Shown in pieces: positions 55,563 through 64,000 of a stretch of 64,000 bases of DNA; position 1 is the first letter of the stretch, and each line of letters opens with the position of its first letter. The notes below the pieces were generated by a model. It did no database searches and was not told the DNA's origin. It saw only the letters and a list, made by a program, of their open reading frames with translations. This DNA is from a virus (taxonomy: Duplodnaviria; Caudoviricetes): positions 123,849 through 187,848 of the IMG/VR virus record IMGVR_UViG_3300001528_000621; one strand, 5' to 3'. A program made the position numbers and the translations under genes.

Positions 55563-58379
55563 ATGATAACAAGTTCATATTCAGATCAAGAGAAGTATAT
55601 AGTTCAAGTAGAGGAGCACGTAGAGCCGGAGCAGGTTACACCTTACGATAATATTGAACGGTGGCCAGCTAAAGAGCTTCTTAATCCTGATGCATCCCAA
55701 AGCTTACAGACAGAGTATCCTGAATCTTACTCTTACGATAAAAACAGGATTGGGTACGGATATAATTCTGTACCTGAAAATGGATGGGTAGAGAAGAAAT
55801 ACCGAGATGACAGCTCTGCAGGAGGAGTTGTCAGAACAGTCATACTGTCTGGATCATATGCAGAACTCAGAAAGCTTAGAGTAGATTCGGAGATAAATTC
55901 AGAGACAGTGTCTACGTCTTGGAGTGCTTCTATAGGAGAAAACCTGAGAGTAGGAAACAACGCTGCTGTTGCTGGATATGTACAGCTCGGCAATACAGAG
56001 AGTCTTAGTACTTCAGACATAAAAGGTGTAGATCCTAGACCGGGGTTTGCTCCAAATATCGAGAAGATTTCTGATCTTAGACTTGTTGTCTCTAATAGTG
56101 CTCTTGTTCAAGATAGACTTTATGTGGGTAAAGATACCTCTGTATCTGGCAATCTCGATGTTAAAGGAAATGTAAAAGTTCTCTCAGATTTGACCGTTGA
56201 AGGTGATTCTGAAACTTTAGGTAATTCAACTGTCCAGAAAAACCTTGAGGTTGGAGGAGATATTCACGGAAAGAGCAACCTCGATATAGGTAAGGACGCT
56301 AATATTGATGGAAATCTTACTGCAGTTAAGAATATTACTGGAAAGGAGAATCTATACCTAACTAAAGATGCTCATATTTCAGGTAATCTTTCAGTGTCAA
56401 AAGATGTAGACATATCCAACAACCTCACTGTTGTAGGAAATTCATACTTTACAGGAAGTTCTCAGTTTAAAGATAACGTTTCTATTTCTGGTTCTACTAA
56501 CATTCAGAAAGATCTGTTTGTATCTGGAAATGCAGAGATAAAGAAGAATGCTATCGTTGTAGGAGGATTAACCGTATCTGAATCTGCGAACATAGTAAAG
56601 AATCTTTATGTTACTGGCAATGCTACTGTTAAGTCTGATCTTATTGTTGAAGGTACTGCTTCTTTCTTAGGAGATACGAATTATGCTGGAGATGCTCATT
56701 TCAAGAAGAACGTAACCATTGATGGAAACCTCAACGTTAAGGGAACTGCTACGATCATAGATACAGAAGAATTAACGGTTAAGGATAAGTCCATAACCCT
56801 AGCGAGATCAGCTTCAACTGCAGCAGCAGCCGATGGTGCTGGTATTGATATAGCTGGAGCAAAAGTAACGTTTCATTATACCTCTTCTACAGATAGAATG
56901 GGTCTCAATAAGGGACTAGATATCTACGGGGATGAGAATGTTTACGGAAATCTTAATATAAAGAACGATGTAAGTATTAGTGGAGATACAAATATTACCG
57001 GAAAGGTTGATATTAAGTCTGATCATCTAGCTGTAAGCGGTGCTTCTTTTAATAAGGGAAATCTTAAGGTAGATAATGCAGTTTCTGCTAAGTTAATATC
57101 CTCTTCAAATCAGATAATAACTAAGTATCTCCTTGTAGATAACTCTGCATCCCTGCAGAAAGTTATCATAACCCAGAGTTATGTACAGAATGAGGTTGTT
57201 ACTAGTTCTGCAGTCATAACTCAGAGTGTTGTAAACTCAACTGTACAGACTCAGAAAGTTACAAATCAGACTGTTACAAATTCTAATATATCAACTCTTA
57301 AGGTTGAAAAAGGTATAACACTGACGACAGGATCTATCAATGCTGAAAAGAGTGATCTAATCATTCATAGTGTTTCTGGATCTGGAGATCTCGTAATGAA
57401 CACTGTATCAGCTTCGTACTTCTACGGAGATGGTAGTGGTTTACAGAATGTTACTTCCTCTTTGGATCCTTCAAAGGTTGTCGTCTCTACAGCAGACTTC
57501 TCAAATGCTGATGCAACTTCAATTTACAGGTTTACACATGATTTAGGTTCCGAAAATCTACTTGTTGCTGTGTACCAGTATGCAGACATTAAAGACGGTC
57601 ACGGTACTACGAACCCTGTCCTTATTGTTCCTGAGCAAGTTTCTATTCCGAACACTAGTAGTGTTGATATTGTGTTTGGTCGAGCGATCGATAGAGGGTA
57701 TGTTGTAATTTCTAAAGCAGGACATGTACTAAGTCCAGCTAATTTTACCGAGTGGATAAAATGGGTTGATGAGAAAAATGTACATTACGGAACAGAAGGA
57801 AATTGGCAAGCACAATCTTTTACATCTGAAACAGCTTCTGCAAACGTAGTTTCTGCTGTTAAGTATATAGATACCCCTAAAATCGGAACTCTTCATACAG
57901 GAGAACAGTATTACCGCGAAAGAGACTGGGAATCTTATACAGAATATACGGATCAGATGATCAATCAGTATGTTCGGTACGATGGAACACAAGAAAGCGG
58001 AATCTGGCAGGTTTCTAGCATAAACGGAGAAGGCGATCTTACGATACGTGGAAAGCTCATTACTAATGGATCGTTCTCTACATCAGATATCAACAGGAAG
58101 AACGTTATTGGTCCGGTTGAAAACGCTTTAGAAGGAGTAAAAAGCTTAGACGGTGTACGGTTCTGTTGGAAAGATTCAGGTGAGCAAAGCATCGGCGTAA
58201 TAGCCCAGAATGTAAAAGCTATTTATCCAGAACTTACTAAGGTAGTAAAAGATCTTGAAGGAAACAACCTGATGACAGTCAACTATGAAGGACTAATCGG
58301 TGTTCTCATTCAAGCTGTAAAAGAGCTTAGTATTAAAGTTGAACGTTTAGGGTCAAAGCTTAATAATGAGGATAGATAA
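55563..58379 (+). CDS. Tail fibre with beta-helical GNLxV repeats and C-terminal Peptidase S74 chaperone
   Basis: Many V(S/T/E)GN(L/A) repeats; SDINRKN..LDGVRFCW..IGVIAQ..VNYEGLIGVLIQAVKEL. Confidence 0.85.
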   Translation: MITSSYSDQEKYIVQVEEHVEPEQVTPYDNIERWPAKELLNPDASQSLQTEYPESYSYDKNRIGYGYNSVPENGWVEKKYRDDSSAGGVVRTVILSGSYAELRKLRVDSEINSETVSTSWSASIGENLRVGNNAAVAGYVQLGNTESLSTSDIKGVDPRPGFAPNIEKISDLRLVVSNSALVQDRLYVGKDTSVSGNLDVKGNVKVLSDLTVEGDSETLGNSTVQKNLEVGGDIHGKSNLDIGKDANIDGNLTAVKNITGKENLYLTKDAHISGNLSVSKDVDISNNLTVVGNSYFTGSSQFKDNVSISGSTNIQKDLFVSGNAEIKKNAIVVGGLTVSESANIVKNLYVTGNATVKSDLIVEGTASFLGDTNYAGDAHFKKNVTIDGNLNVKGTATIIDTEELTVKDKSITLARSASTAAAADGAGIDIAGAKVTFHYTSSTDRMGLNKGLDIYGDENVYGNLNIKNDVSISGDTNITGKVDIKSDHLAVSGASFNKGNLKVDNAVSAKLISSSNQIITKYLLVDNSASLQKVIITQSYVQNEVVTSSAVITQSVVNSTVQTQKVTNQTVTNSNISTLKVEKGITLTTGSINAEKSDLIIHSVSGSGDLVMNTVSASYFYGDGSGLQNVTSSLDPSKVVVSTADFSNADATSIYRFTHDLGSENLLVAVYQYADIKDGHGTTNPVLIVPEQVSIPNTSSVDIVFGRAIDRGYVVISKAGHVLSPANFTEWIKWVDEKNVHYGTEGNWQAQSFTSETASANVVSAVKYIDTPKIGTLHTGEQYYRERDWESYTEYTDQMINQYVRYDGTQESGIWQVSSINGEGDLTIRGKLITNGSFSTSDINRKNVIGPVENALEGVKSLDGVRFCWKDSGEQSIGVIAQNVKAIYPELTKVVKDLEGNNLMTVNYEGLIGVLIQAVKELSIKVERLGSKLNNEDR

Positions 58380-58953
58380 CGCACAGGGGGTAAAAGCCTG
58401 GTTAGTAGGAAAGTTTTCTGGATCTTTTAAGGGTACCTTAGAAGGAAATGCACAGACAGCCTACTACGCAAACACAGCTTCTTACGTTCTTACAGCTTCT
58501 TACGTAGAACCTAAAGGCTTAGTAAAGTCTTTAAACACTATGTTAGACTCCGATACACCAGATATGTGGTCTGTTGTAAACCGTCTTAGGTCTGACGGAG
58601 TTATAACAGCGAAAGAAGGTGTTAGGGTATTGTCTGGCAGTGTTGAAATAGAGTCCGGAAGCTTAAGAATCGGTAGAGCTGTTCTTGAATTTATCGGAGG
58701 AGATACAGAGGATAAAGATTCTCTTCAATTTAAGTTCGTAACAGCTACGCCGGATACGGGATCAGAACCAACAGGTTCAGACGATAGCGGTAGTTGTATT
58801 TGTTCAAATTGTCCGCTTACAGGATCGTGTCCACACTATGTACCGCCTCCTCCTGAAGGATGGCCGATGCCAGCTCCACCTTCGTGTTCTTGTTGCAGGA
58901 ACGTAAAGCTCTCCATAGACTATGTACCTGGCCGAACGATTACCCTTCCTTAG
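58366..58953 (+). CDS. Tail-fibre-associated protein with Cys/Pro-rich tail
   Basis: FSGSFKG..TASY repeats; CICSNC..PPPP..CSCC. Confidence 0.65.
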   Translation: MRIDNAQGVKAWLVGKFSGSFKGTLEGNAQTAYYANTASYVLTASYVEPKGLVKSLNTMLDSDTPDMWSVVNRLRSDGVITAKEGVRVLSGSVEIESGSLRIGRAVLEFIGGDTEDKDSLQFKFVTATPDTGSEPTGSDDSGSCICSNCPLTGSCPHYVPPPPEGWPMPAPPSCSCCRNVKLSIDYVPGRTITLP

Positions 58954-58956
58954 CTA

Positions 58957-58963
58957 TATTTAT
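58957..58963 (+). promoter_or_regulatory. Putative late promoter TATTTAT
   Basis: Intergenic, before 58990. Confidence 0.6.
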
Positions 58964-58989
58964 TTAAGATTATAACATAATTCACAAAG

Positions 58990-59187
58990 ATGGCAGTTGT
59001 TACTAAAATTAAAGTTTATCCTTCCGGCAAGATAGAAGCTGGAGAGTTTATTGAAGCAGCAGACGCTAAGTCAGTCTCTTTGAAACCAGACAGCACTGTT
59101 ACAGTTTCAGGGCTTGATGAAAGCGGCGATTCAGTTAAGTTTGGAGCTGATGGAAAGCTGATTTCAAAAGAAATTGTAGAAGTTTAA
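58990..59187 (+). CDS. Small hypothetical tail protein
   Basis: 65 aa; follows a TATTTAT motif. Confidence 0.7.
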   Translation: MAVVTKIKVYPSGKIEAGEFIEAADAKSVSLKPDSTVTVSGLDESGDSVKFGADGKLISKEIVEV

Positions 59188-59216
59188 GTTTTATCTAGAT
59201 TAAATTTATAAATTAG

Positions 59217-60686
59217 ATGGCATTTTTAAAACAAACGTACGTTTCCGGTAATCTATATGTTACTGGTAGTGGAGATCAGATCGTCGGTAATTTAACTGGT
59301 ACAGCGTCTTATGCTGACCTAGCCAGAGCTCTTGACGGTGATGCGGCGTATAATGTCAAAGACTTACATGTAAAAGGCAATGCTACCGTTGATGGAGATC
59401 TTAAGGTTAAAGGTGATTTAACTTATGTAGGTGTAAAAAATCTTCGAGTTAAGGACAAGCAGATTGACATTAACGCAAACGAGTCCGGATCTGCTGTAGC
59501 TAGTGCTGATCAAGCTGGTATCGTCATTAAGAATACTGACGCAGCAGGGGATATTACAGTTCTTTGGGATGCAGCTAGCGAAACACTTAAGTTTAATAAG
59601 AAGGTAGACGCTACTGTAACTAAAGCTGATGAAGCTTCTAAGGTTACATACGCTCTTAAGCAGGGCGACGGTATCAACGCTGTTGAATATAACGGTTCTG
59701 CTGAAAAGACTATTAGCGTAGATACTGAGTGGCTTAAAAATCAGCAAGCAGGTAAGGTAGGTCATAAGCTTTCTGTTACAGCTAATGACTATCTAACAGC
59801 TTCTGCTAATTTTGATGGTTCTGCAGACGTTACTCTTACTCTTGATCTTTCTAAGGAGACAGATAGGATAGCTGCACTCGAAACAGCAACAGGATCTCTT
59901 CAGGATCAGATTACAACTGAAGTAGATAGAGCCAAGGCTGCTGAAAAGACAAATGCAGATAACCTTACAGCTGAGATAACTAGAGCTAAGGCTGCTGAAG
60001 AAGCAAATACTACAAGCATTAGCAGTGAGGTTACCAGAGCCAAGGCTGCTGAAAAGACAAATGCAGATGCTATTGCACTTGAAACTACTGCTAGAGAGAA
60101 TGCTGTAAACGGTCTTGATAGTAGAATTACAGCTGTAGAAAATATTCTTCCAGAAGATGCAACTACACTTGCTACTAAAACAGAAGTAGACGCTGTTCAG
60201 ACAAACCTCACTGCAGAGATTTCTAGAGCTAAAGCTGCTGAAGGTACAAACGCTACCAACATAGCCAAGAATGCAACCGCTATTACAGCTGAAGAGGCTA
60301 GAGCTAAGGGAGTTGAAGAGGATCTAGACAGTAGGCTTGAAGTAGTAGAGGGTAAGATTCCAACAGCAGCTTCTACTACAAATCAGTTAGCTGATAAGAA
60401 ATATGTAGATGACGCTGATGCTGTTAATACTACAGCTATTACAGCTGAAGAGACTAGAGCTAAGGCTGCTGAAGAAGCAAACACTACAGCTATTACTACA
60501 GAGGTTGCTGATAGAAAAGCAGCTATTACAGCTGAAGAGACTAGAGCTGATAATAAGTACGTAGCTAAGGCTGGCGACACTATGACAGGTGCTCTTAATA
60601 TGGGTGTTAACGAAATCAAATTCGGTGACATGAGTATTAAGTGGGATGCTACAGCAGGTGCAATCGTATTTGTATCCAATTCTTAG
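59217..60686 (+). CDS. Tail fibre with 18-aa coiled-coil repeats
   Basis: E(I/V/E)TRAKAAE repeats; KAGDTMTGAL. Confidence 0.8.
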   Translation: MAFLKQTYVSGNLYVTGSGDQIVGNLTGTASYADLARALDGDAAYNVKDLHVKGNATVDGDLKVKGDLTYVGVKNLRVKDKQIDINANESGSAVASADQAGIVIKNTDAAGDITVLWDAASETLKFNKKVDATVTKADEASKVTYALKQGDGINAVEYNGSAEKTISVDTEWLKNQQAGKVGHKLSVTANDYLTASANFDGSADVTLTLDLSKETDRIAALETATGSLQDQITTEVDRAKAAEKTNADNLTAEITRAKAAEEANTTSISSEVTRAKAAEKTNADAIALETTARENAVNGLDSRITAVENILPEDATTLATKTEVDAVQTNLTAEISRAKAAEGTNATNIAKNATAITAEEARAKGVEEDLDSRLEVVEGKIPTAASTTNQLADKKYVDDADAVNTTAITAEETRAKAAEEANTTAITTEVADRKAAITAEETRADNKYVAKAGDTMTGALNMGVNEIKFGDMSIKWDATAGAIVFVSNS

Positions 60687-60705
60687 AAATTCATAGAATA
60701 TTTTA

Positions 60706-60738
60706 GAAAGCCCGGACCTTAACCAGTCCGGGTTTCCT
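60706..60738 (+). terminator. Terminator-like hairpin
   Basis: GCCCGGAC-CTTAACCA-GTCCGGGT followed by TT. Confidence 0.6.
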
Positions 60739-60763
60739 ATTGTCTGTAAGAATGATTTCTACA

Positions 60764-60770
60764 TATTTAT
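60764..60770 (+). promoter_or_regulatory. Putative late promoter TATTTAT
   Basis: Intergenic, before 60794. Confidence 0.65.
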
Positions 60771-60793
60771 ACCAGATAACTTAAATTGCGATC

Positions 60794-61156
60794 ATGGGAA
60801 CATTCTTTACTAAAAATAAAACACCTTATTTTAGTCCAGACGGAACGGAGGAGTTCGAAATAAAAACCTCACAGAATTTAGGTATATTGATAGAGAATGT
60901 ACCGGTACCGGAAAGTTTAAAGCCGAATGTTTACTATAATTTCGGAGTACTTTCAAAAGCTGAACAAATCTTAAAGCTAGAAAGATACTCAACAGAGCGA
61001 CTAGAGGAATATTCAGGAGAATTTACGATAGCAGAAGGAGGAAGTATTCAATTTCCAAGCGTAATTCGATGGGTAAAGTGGCCTGACTTTTCTGATATTG
61101 GTTTTACATACCAGTTTAATATCAAAAACGGAATAGGAACTTTTATTAAATGCTAA
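60794..61156 (+). CDS. Small tail-associated protein
   Basis: LKPNVYYNFG..EYSGEFT..FPSVIRW..TYQFNI, a domain I associate with Bacteroidales phage tail modules. Confidence 0.65.
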   Translation: MGTFFTKNKTPYFSPDGTEEFEIKTSQNLGILIENVPVPESLKPNVYYNFGVLSKAEQILKLERYSTERLEEYSGEFTIAEGGSIQFPSVIRWVKWPDFSDIGFTYQFNIKNGIGTFIKC

Positions 61157-61172
61157 ACACAAATATACATAA

Positions 61173-64000
61173 ATAGATACAGTAGGACAATTCAGTGGTA
61201 ATAGTAGAGGAGTATCATCTAGGGTTTTAGAGAGCGTAACTTCTTCTCAGGCTGTAACATCTAGCTTAAGTTTAGCTAGTTCAGTAGAGGATGTTAGTGG
61301 TAGTGGAGTAGATAGTCCTGTACTTATGTCGGTTTCAACAGAGCAACAAAATCAAGTCGTATTAGGACAAATGAATACAATTTATATAAACCCTTCAGCA
61401 GGGGTTTTTCATGCACCGATAATCTCGGGTTCAAGTATAACGGCCTCTGCAGGTTTTAGGGGAGATTTAGAGGGTACAGCTTCTTACGCTAAAAATCTTG
61501 TAGGAATAACACCAGCTTCTGTTACTGCTAGTATCAATACAGCTGTAGCTGCAGAAGCAAAGCTTAGGGGTGACGCGGATACAGCTCTTGGAAAGAGAAT
61601 AGATACTGTAACAGGAAGTCTTACTACAGAAGCCGCCGATAGAGCTAATGCGGATAAAGCATTGGGCGTAAGGATCGACAGCGTTACTGCAAGCGTCAGT
61701 ACTTTAAGAAGCGATCTTAATTCTAGTACAGCAAGTTTACAGGAGAAACTTCTGTTTGAAGCTGAAGTTAGGGAGACTGAGGATGAAACTCTTCAGGATA
61801 ATATAGATGATGTCTCTTCAAGCTTAGCTACGGAGATTTCTGATCGAAAGACAGCTGTGTCTTCTGAAGCTTCAACCAGAAGTGCTGCAGATACAGCTCT
61901 AGGACAGAGAATTGACACTGTAACAGGAAGCTTAGATGTTGGAATACAAGCTGAAGCTACAGCTAGAACTGACGCTGATAACGATCTTCAGGATAAGATA
62001 GATGCAGTATCCTCTAGTCTTGGTTCTGAAATTTCAAACAGAAAAGCAGCTATTACATCTGAATCTTCTTCCAGAGCTGCTGTTGATGTTACTCTTCAGA
62101 ATAATATCAATACGGTTTCTTCAAGTTTAGGTACAGAGATTACTAACAGAATTACTGCTGACACAAATCTAGATAAGAGAATCGACATTATTACTGGAAG
62201 TTTAAATGCAGAGATTAGTAGAGCTACGGGAGTTGAGAGTACTCTAGAAAGTTCCATTAACTCTTTAAGAAACGATCTCAACTCTAGTACAGCAAGTTTA
62301 AAAGGAGATATTCTATATGAAGAGGAAGTTAGAAAAGAGGAAGATGAAACTCTTCAAAGGAATATAACATCTGAGTCTGCTTCTAGAACAGCAAAGGACA
62401 CTGAATTGTCAGAGAGTATTGCGACTATAAATGCTAAGATAAGCGCTAGTGAGAGTAAATGGTCTGCAGATACAAAAGTCACTGCTGTGGGAAATCACTA
62501 TACCCCTGCTCAAAGTAAAGGTTTTTCTGCAGGAACAAACAACGCCATATCGGGTATAGGTTTAGATGCAGCTGGTCACGTTACATCTATAACATCTAGT
62601 ACTAAGATATTATCTGCATCTAGAGCAGATTCGGCTACTACAGCATACAACGCTACTAAGCTCAACGGACAAGCTTCAACTTATTATGCAACTGCAGATA
62701 AGGTAAATAGTGTTAGTAACTCTTTAGCTAACTATCTTCCTAAAGCTGGAGGAACAGTAACAGGTAATCTTGATATTCAAGGAAATCTTTCTGTAGCGGG
62801 TACAGCTTCTATTATCAATCAAGCTCACTTGAATGTCTCTGATGCTCTTATCTTACTTGCATCTGGATCAACAACACAAGCTGCTGCTAATGGAGGTGGT
62901 ATAGCAATACAGACAGCTTCTGCTACAACTCAAGCAGGTAGAGAAGCAGCTGCAGCTAGATTCCAATATAGGAGCTCTGATAATAAGTTTACAGCTTCTA
63001 TCGGTATTGTAGCTCCAGACTTTACAGGAAACTTGACTGGTACAGCAACCGAGGCGATTACAGCGTCTTATGCAACAAAAGCTGCTACTGCTCAGCAAGT
63101 AAAGACACTAACAGTCACAGGATCTGTAAATGCAACATATAACGGTAGTTCTGACGTAATTGTAACTATACCGGATCCAGTAGAGTTGATGGCAACAAGC
63201 ACTTCGTCGTTAGCTGCTACTGCGTCTTATGCTTTATGGGCTAAAGAAGCTGGAAATTCAGACACATTAGACGGTACACATAAGACTGGACTATTTACTA
63301 AGTTTGAACAAAACGGACTTTACATTACAGGTACTGTAGGTGATATTACTAAAGCATTTAAAGTTGTATCTGCATCTAGAGCTACATCAGCAAAGTCTGT
63401 AGATAGTGTTACTTATGCTCAGCACTTTACTCCGTCTGGTGGAACGACTACTGGGGATGACACAGCTGATAAGTTTATAAAGAAAGTAACTGTAGACGGT
63501 AAAGGACACGTTACTAGCGTTATAACAGGTTCTGGACATTCTCACAGTAATAAAGCTGTTCTTGACGGAATTACAGCTGCTAAGACATCAAGCTGGGATA
63601 ACGTAGCTAATGTAGCTTCTGAAGCTTATACTCTAGCAGTTAAAGCAGCTGACACAGCTTCTATTGCATATACACAATCTGTTAGTTCATCTTATTGGAA
63701 CACTGAAGCTAGTAAGTCTGCAGCTTCTGCTAAAGTTTACGCAGATGCAGCTAATACTTCGAAAACAAATGCTGCTTCATATGAGTCTGCAGCTAATACT
63801 TCTAAGACTAATGCAGCAACTAGAGCTAACGCTTCTGCTAGTGTAGCTGCTAACTATGCAGCAAGTGCATCTGCTTATGCATCAAGTGCATTAACATCGA
63901 AGAATAATGCTGTAAGCTATGAAAGTGCAGCTAATACTTCGAAAACAAATGCTGCTTCATATGAGTCTGCAGCTAATACTTCTAAGACTAATGCAGCAAC
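61173..64000 (+). CDS. Long tail fibre (partial, runs off the window; start uncertain)
   Basis: Frame open from 61173, first ATG at 61326; AEAxxR..AD coiled-coil repeats, DAAGHVT and DGKGHVT motifs, AANTSKTNAASYES repeats. Confidence 0.85.
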   Translation, partial: MDTVGQFSGNSRGVSSRVLESVTSSQAVTSSLSLASSVEDVSGSGVDSPVLMSVSTEQQNQVVLGQMNTIYINPSAGVFHAPIISGSSITASAGFRGDLEGTASYAKNLVGITPASVTASINTAVAAEAKLRGDADTALGKRIDTVTGSLTTEAADRANADKALGVRIDSVTASVSTLRSDLNSSTASLQEKLLFEAEVRETEDETLQDNIDDVSSSLATEISDRKTAVSSEASTRSAADTALGQRIDTVTGSLDVGIQAEATARTDADNDLQDKIDAVSSSLGSEISNRKAAITSESSSRAAVDVTLQNNINTVSSSLGTEITNRITADTNLDKRIDIITGSLNAEISRATGVESTLESSINSLRNDLNSSTASLKGDILYEEEVRKEEDETLQRNITSESASRTAKDTELSESIATINAKISASESKWSADTKVTAVGNHYTPAQSKGFSAGTNNAISGIGLDAAGHVTSITSSTKILSASRADSATTAYNATKLNGQASTYYATADKVNSVSNSLANYLPKAGGTVTGNLDIQGNLSVAGTASIINQAHLNVSDALILLASGSTTQAAANGGGIAIQTASATTQAGREAAAARFQYRSSDNKFTASIGIVAPDFTGNLTGTATEAITASYATKAATAQQVKTLTVTGSVNATYNGSSDVIVTIPDPVELMATSTSSLAATASYALWAKEAGNSDTLDGTHKTGLFTKFEQNGLYITGTVGDITKAFKVVSASRATSAKSVDSVTYAQHFTPSGGTTTGDDTADKFIKKVTVDGKGHVTSVITGSGHSHSNKAVLDGITAAKTSSWDNVANVASEAYTLAVKAADTASIAYTQSVSSSYWNTEASKSAASAKVYADAANTSKTNAASYESAANTSKTNAATRANASASVAANYAASASAYASSALTSKNNAVSYESAANTSKTNAASYESAANTSKTNAA
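63746..64000 (+). repeat. Exact 75-nt direct repeat (63746-63820 = 63926-64000) in the fibre stalk
   Basis: Direct comparison of the two segments; 180-nt spacing. Confidence 0.9.

Noticed and set aside
1-64000. Stop-codon reassignment (TAG or TGA recoding, as in some large gut phages)
   Set aside because: Genes are full-length and tightly packed under the standard code, and TAG, TGA and TAA all end genes at sensible positions
55563-64000. Diversity-generating retroelement acting on tail fibres
   Set aside because: No reverse transcriptase and no TR/VR pair with adenine-specific mismatches in the window; the repeats are in-frame stalk repeats
1-64000. tRNA or rRNA genes
   Set aside because: No cloverleaf or T-loop consensus recognised in the short intergenic gaps; tRNAscan was not run

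Overview
A 64 kb, AT-rich, almost entirely + strand segment of a large tailed dsDNA phage with T4-like (myovirus-type) head and baseplate genes. A Bacteroidota host is likely, inferred from the mostly SD-less starts and Bacteroidales-phage-like tail domains. Left to right: short repeats, small accessory genes, an HD hydrolase, a gp55-like late sigma factor, a baseplate/tail module, primase and exonuclease, a tandem nucleotidyltransferase locus, putative internal head proteins, a packaging/head module (terminase, portal, protease, scaffold, major capsid), two nuclease-modifier fusions, a formate/nitrite channel, neck genes and tail fibres. The last ORF runs off the window. The main finds are: (1) terL is fractured into two genes by an atypically split intein (32-aa IntN, ~112-aa IntC) with a GIY-YIG endonuclease gene between the halves; (2) the portal carries a 392-aa HNH intein; (3) a TATTTAT motif lies upstream of at least 14 genes, and in front of two homing endonucleases it sits inside an RNA hairpin that ends at the start codon; (4) a late operon holds two Pol-beta-type nucleotidyltransferases, one fused to a HIGH-family nucleotidyltransferase and a zincin, with protease-like (L/I)xE sites at the domain junctions; (5) a structured leader precedes the scaffold-capsid operon. 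All calls come from motif recognition by eye; no searches were run.
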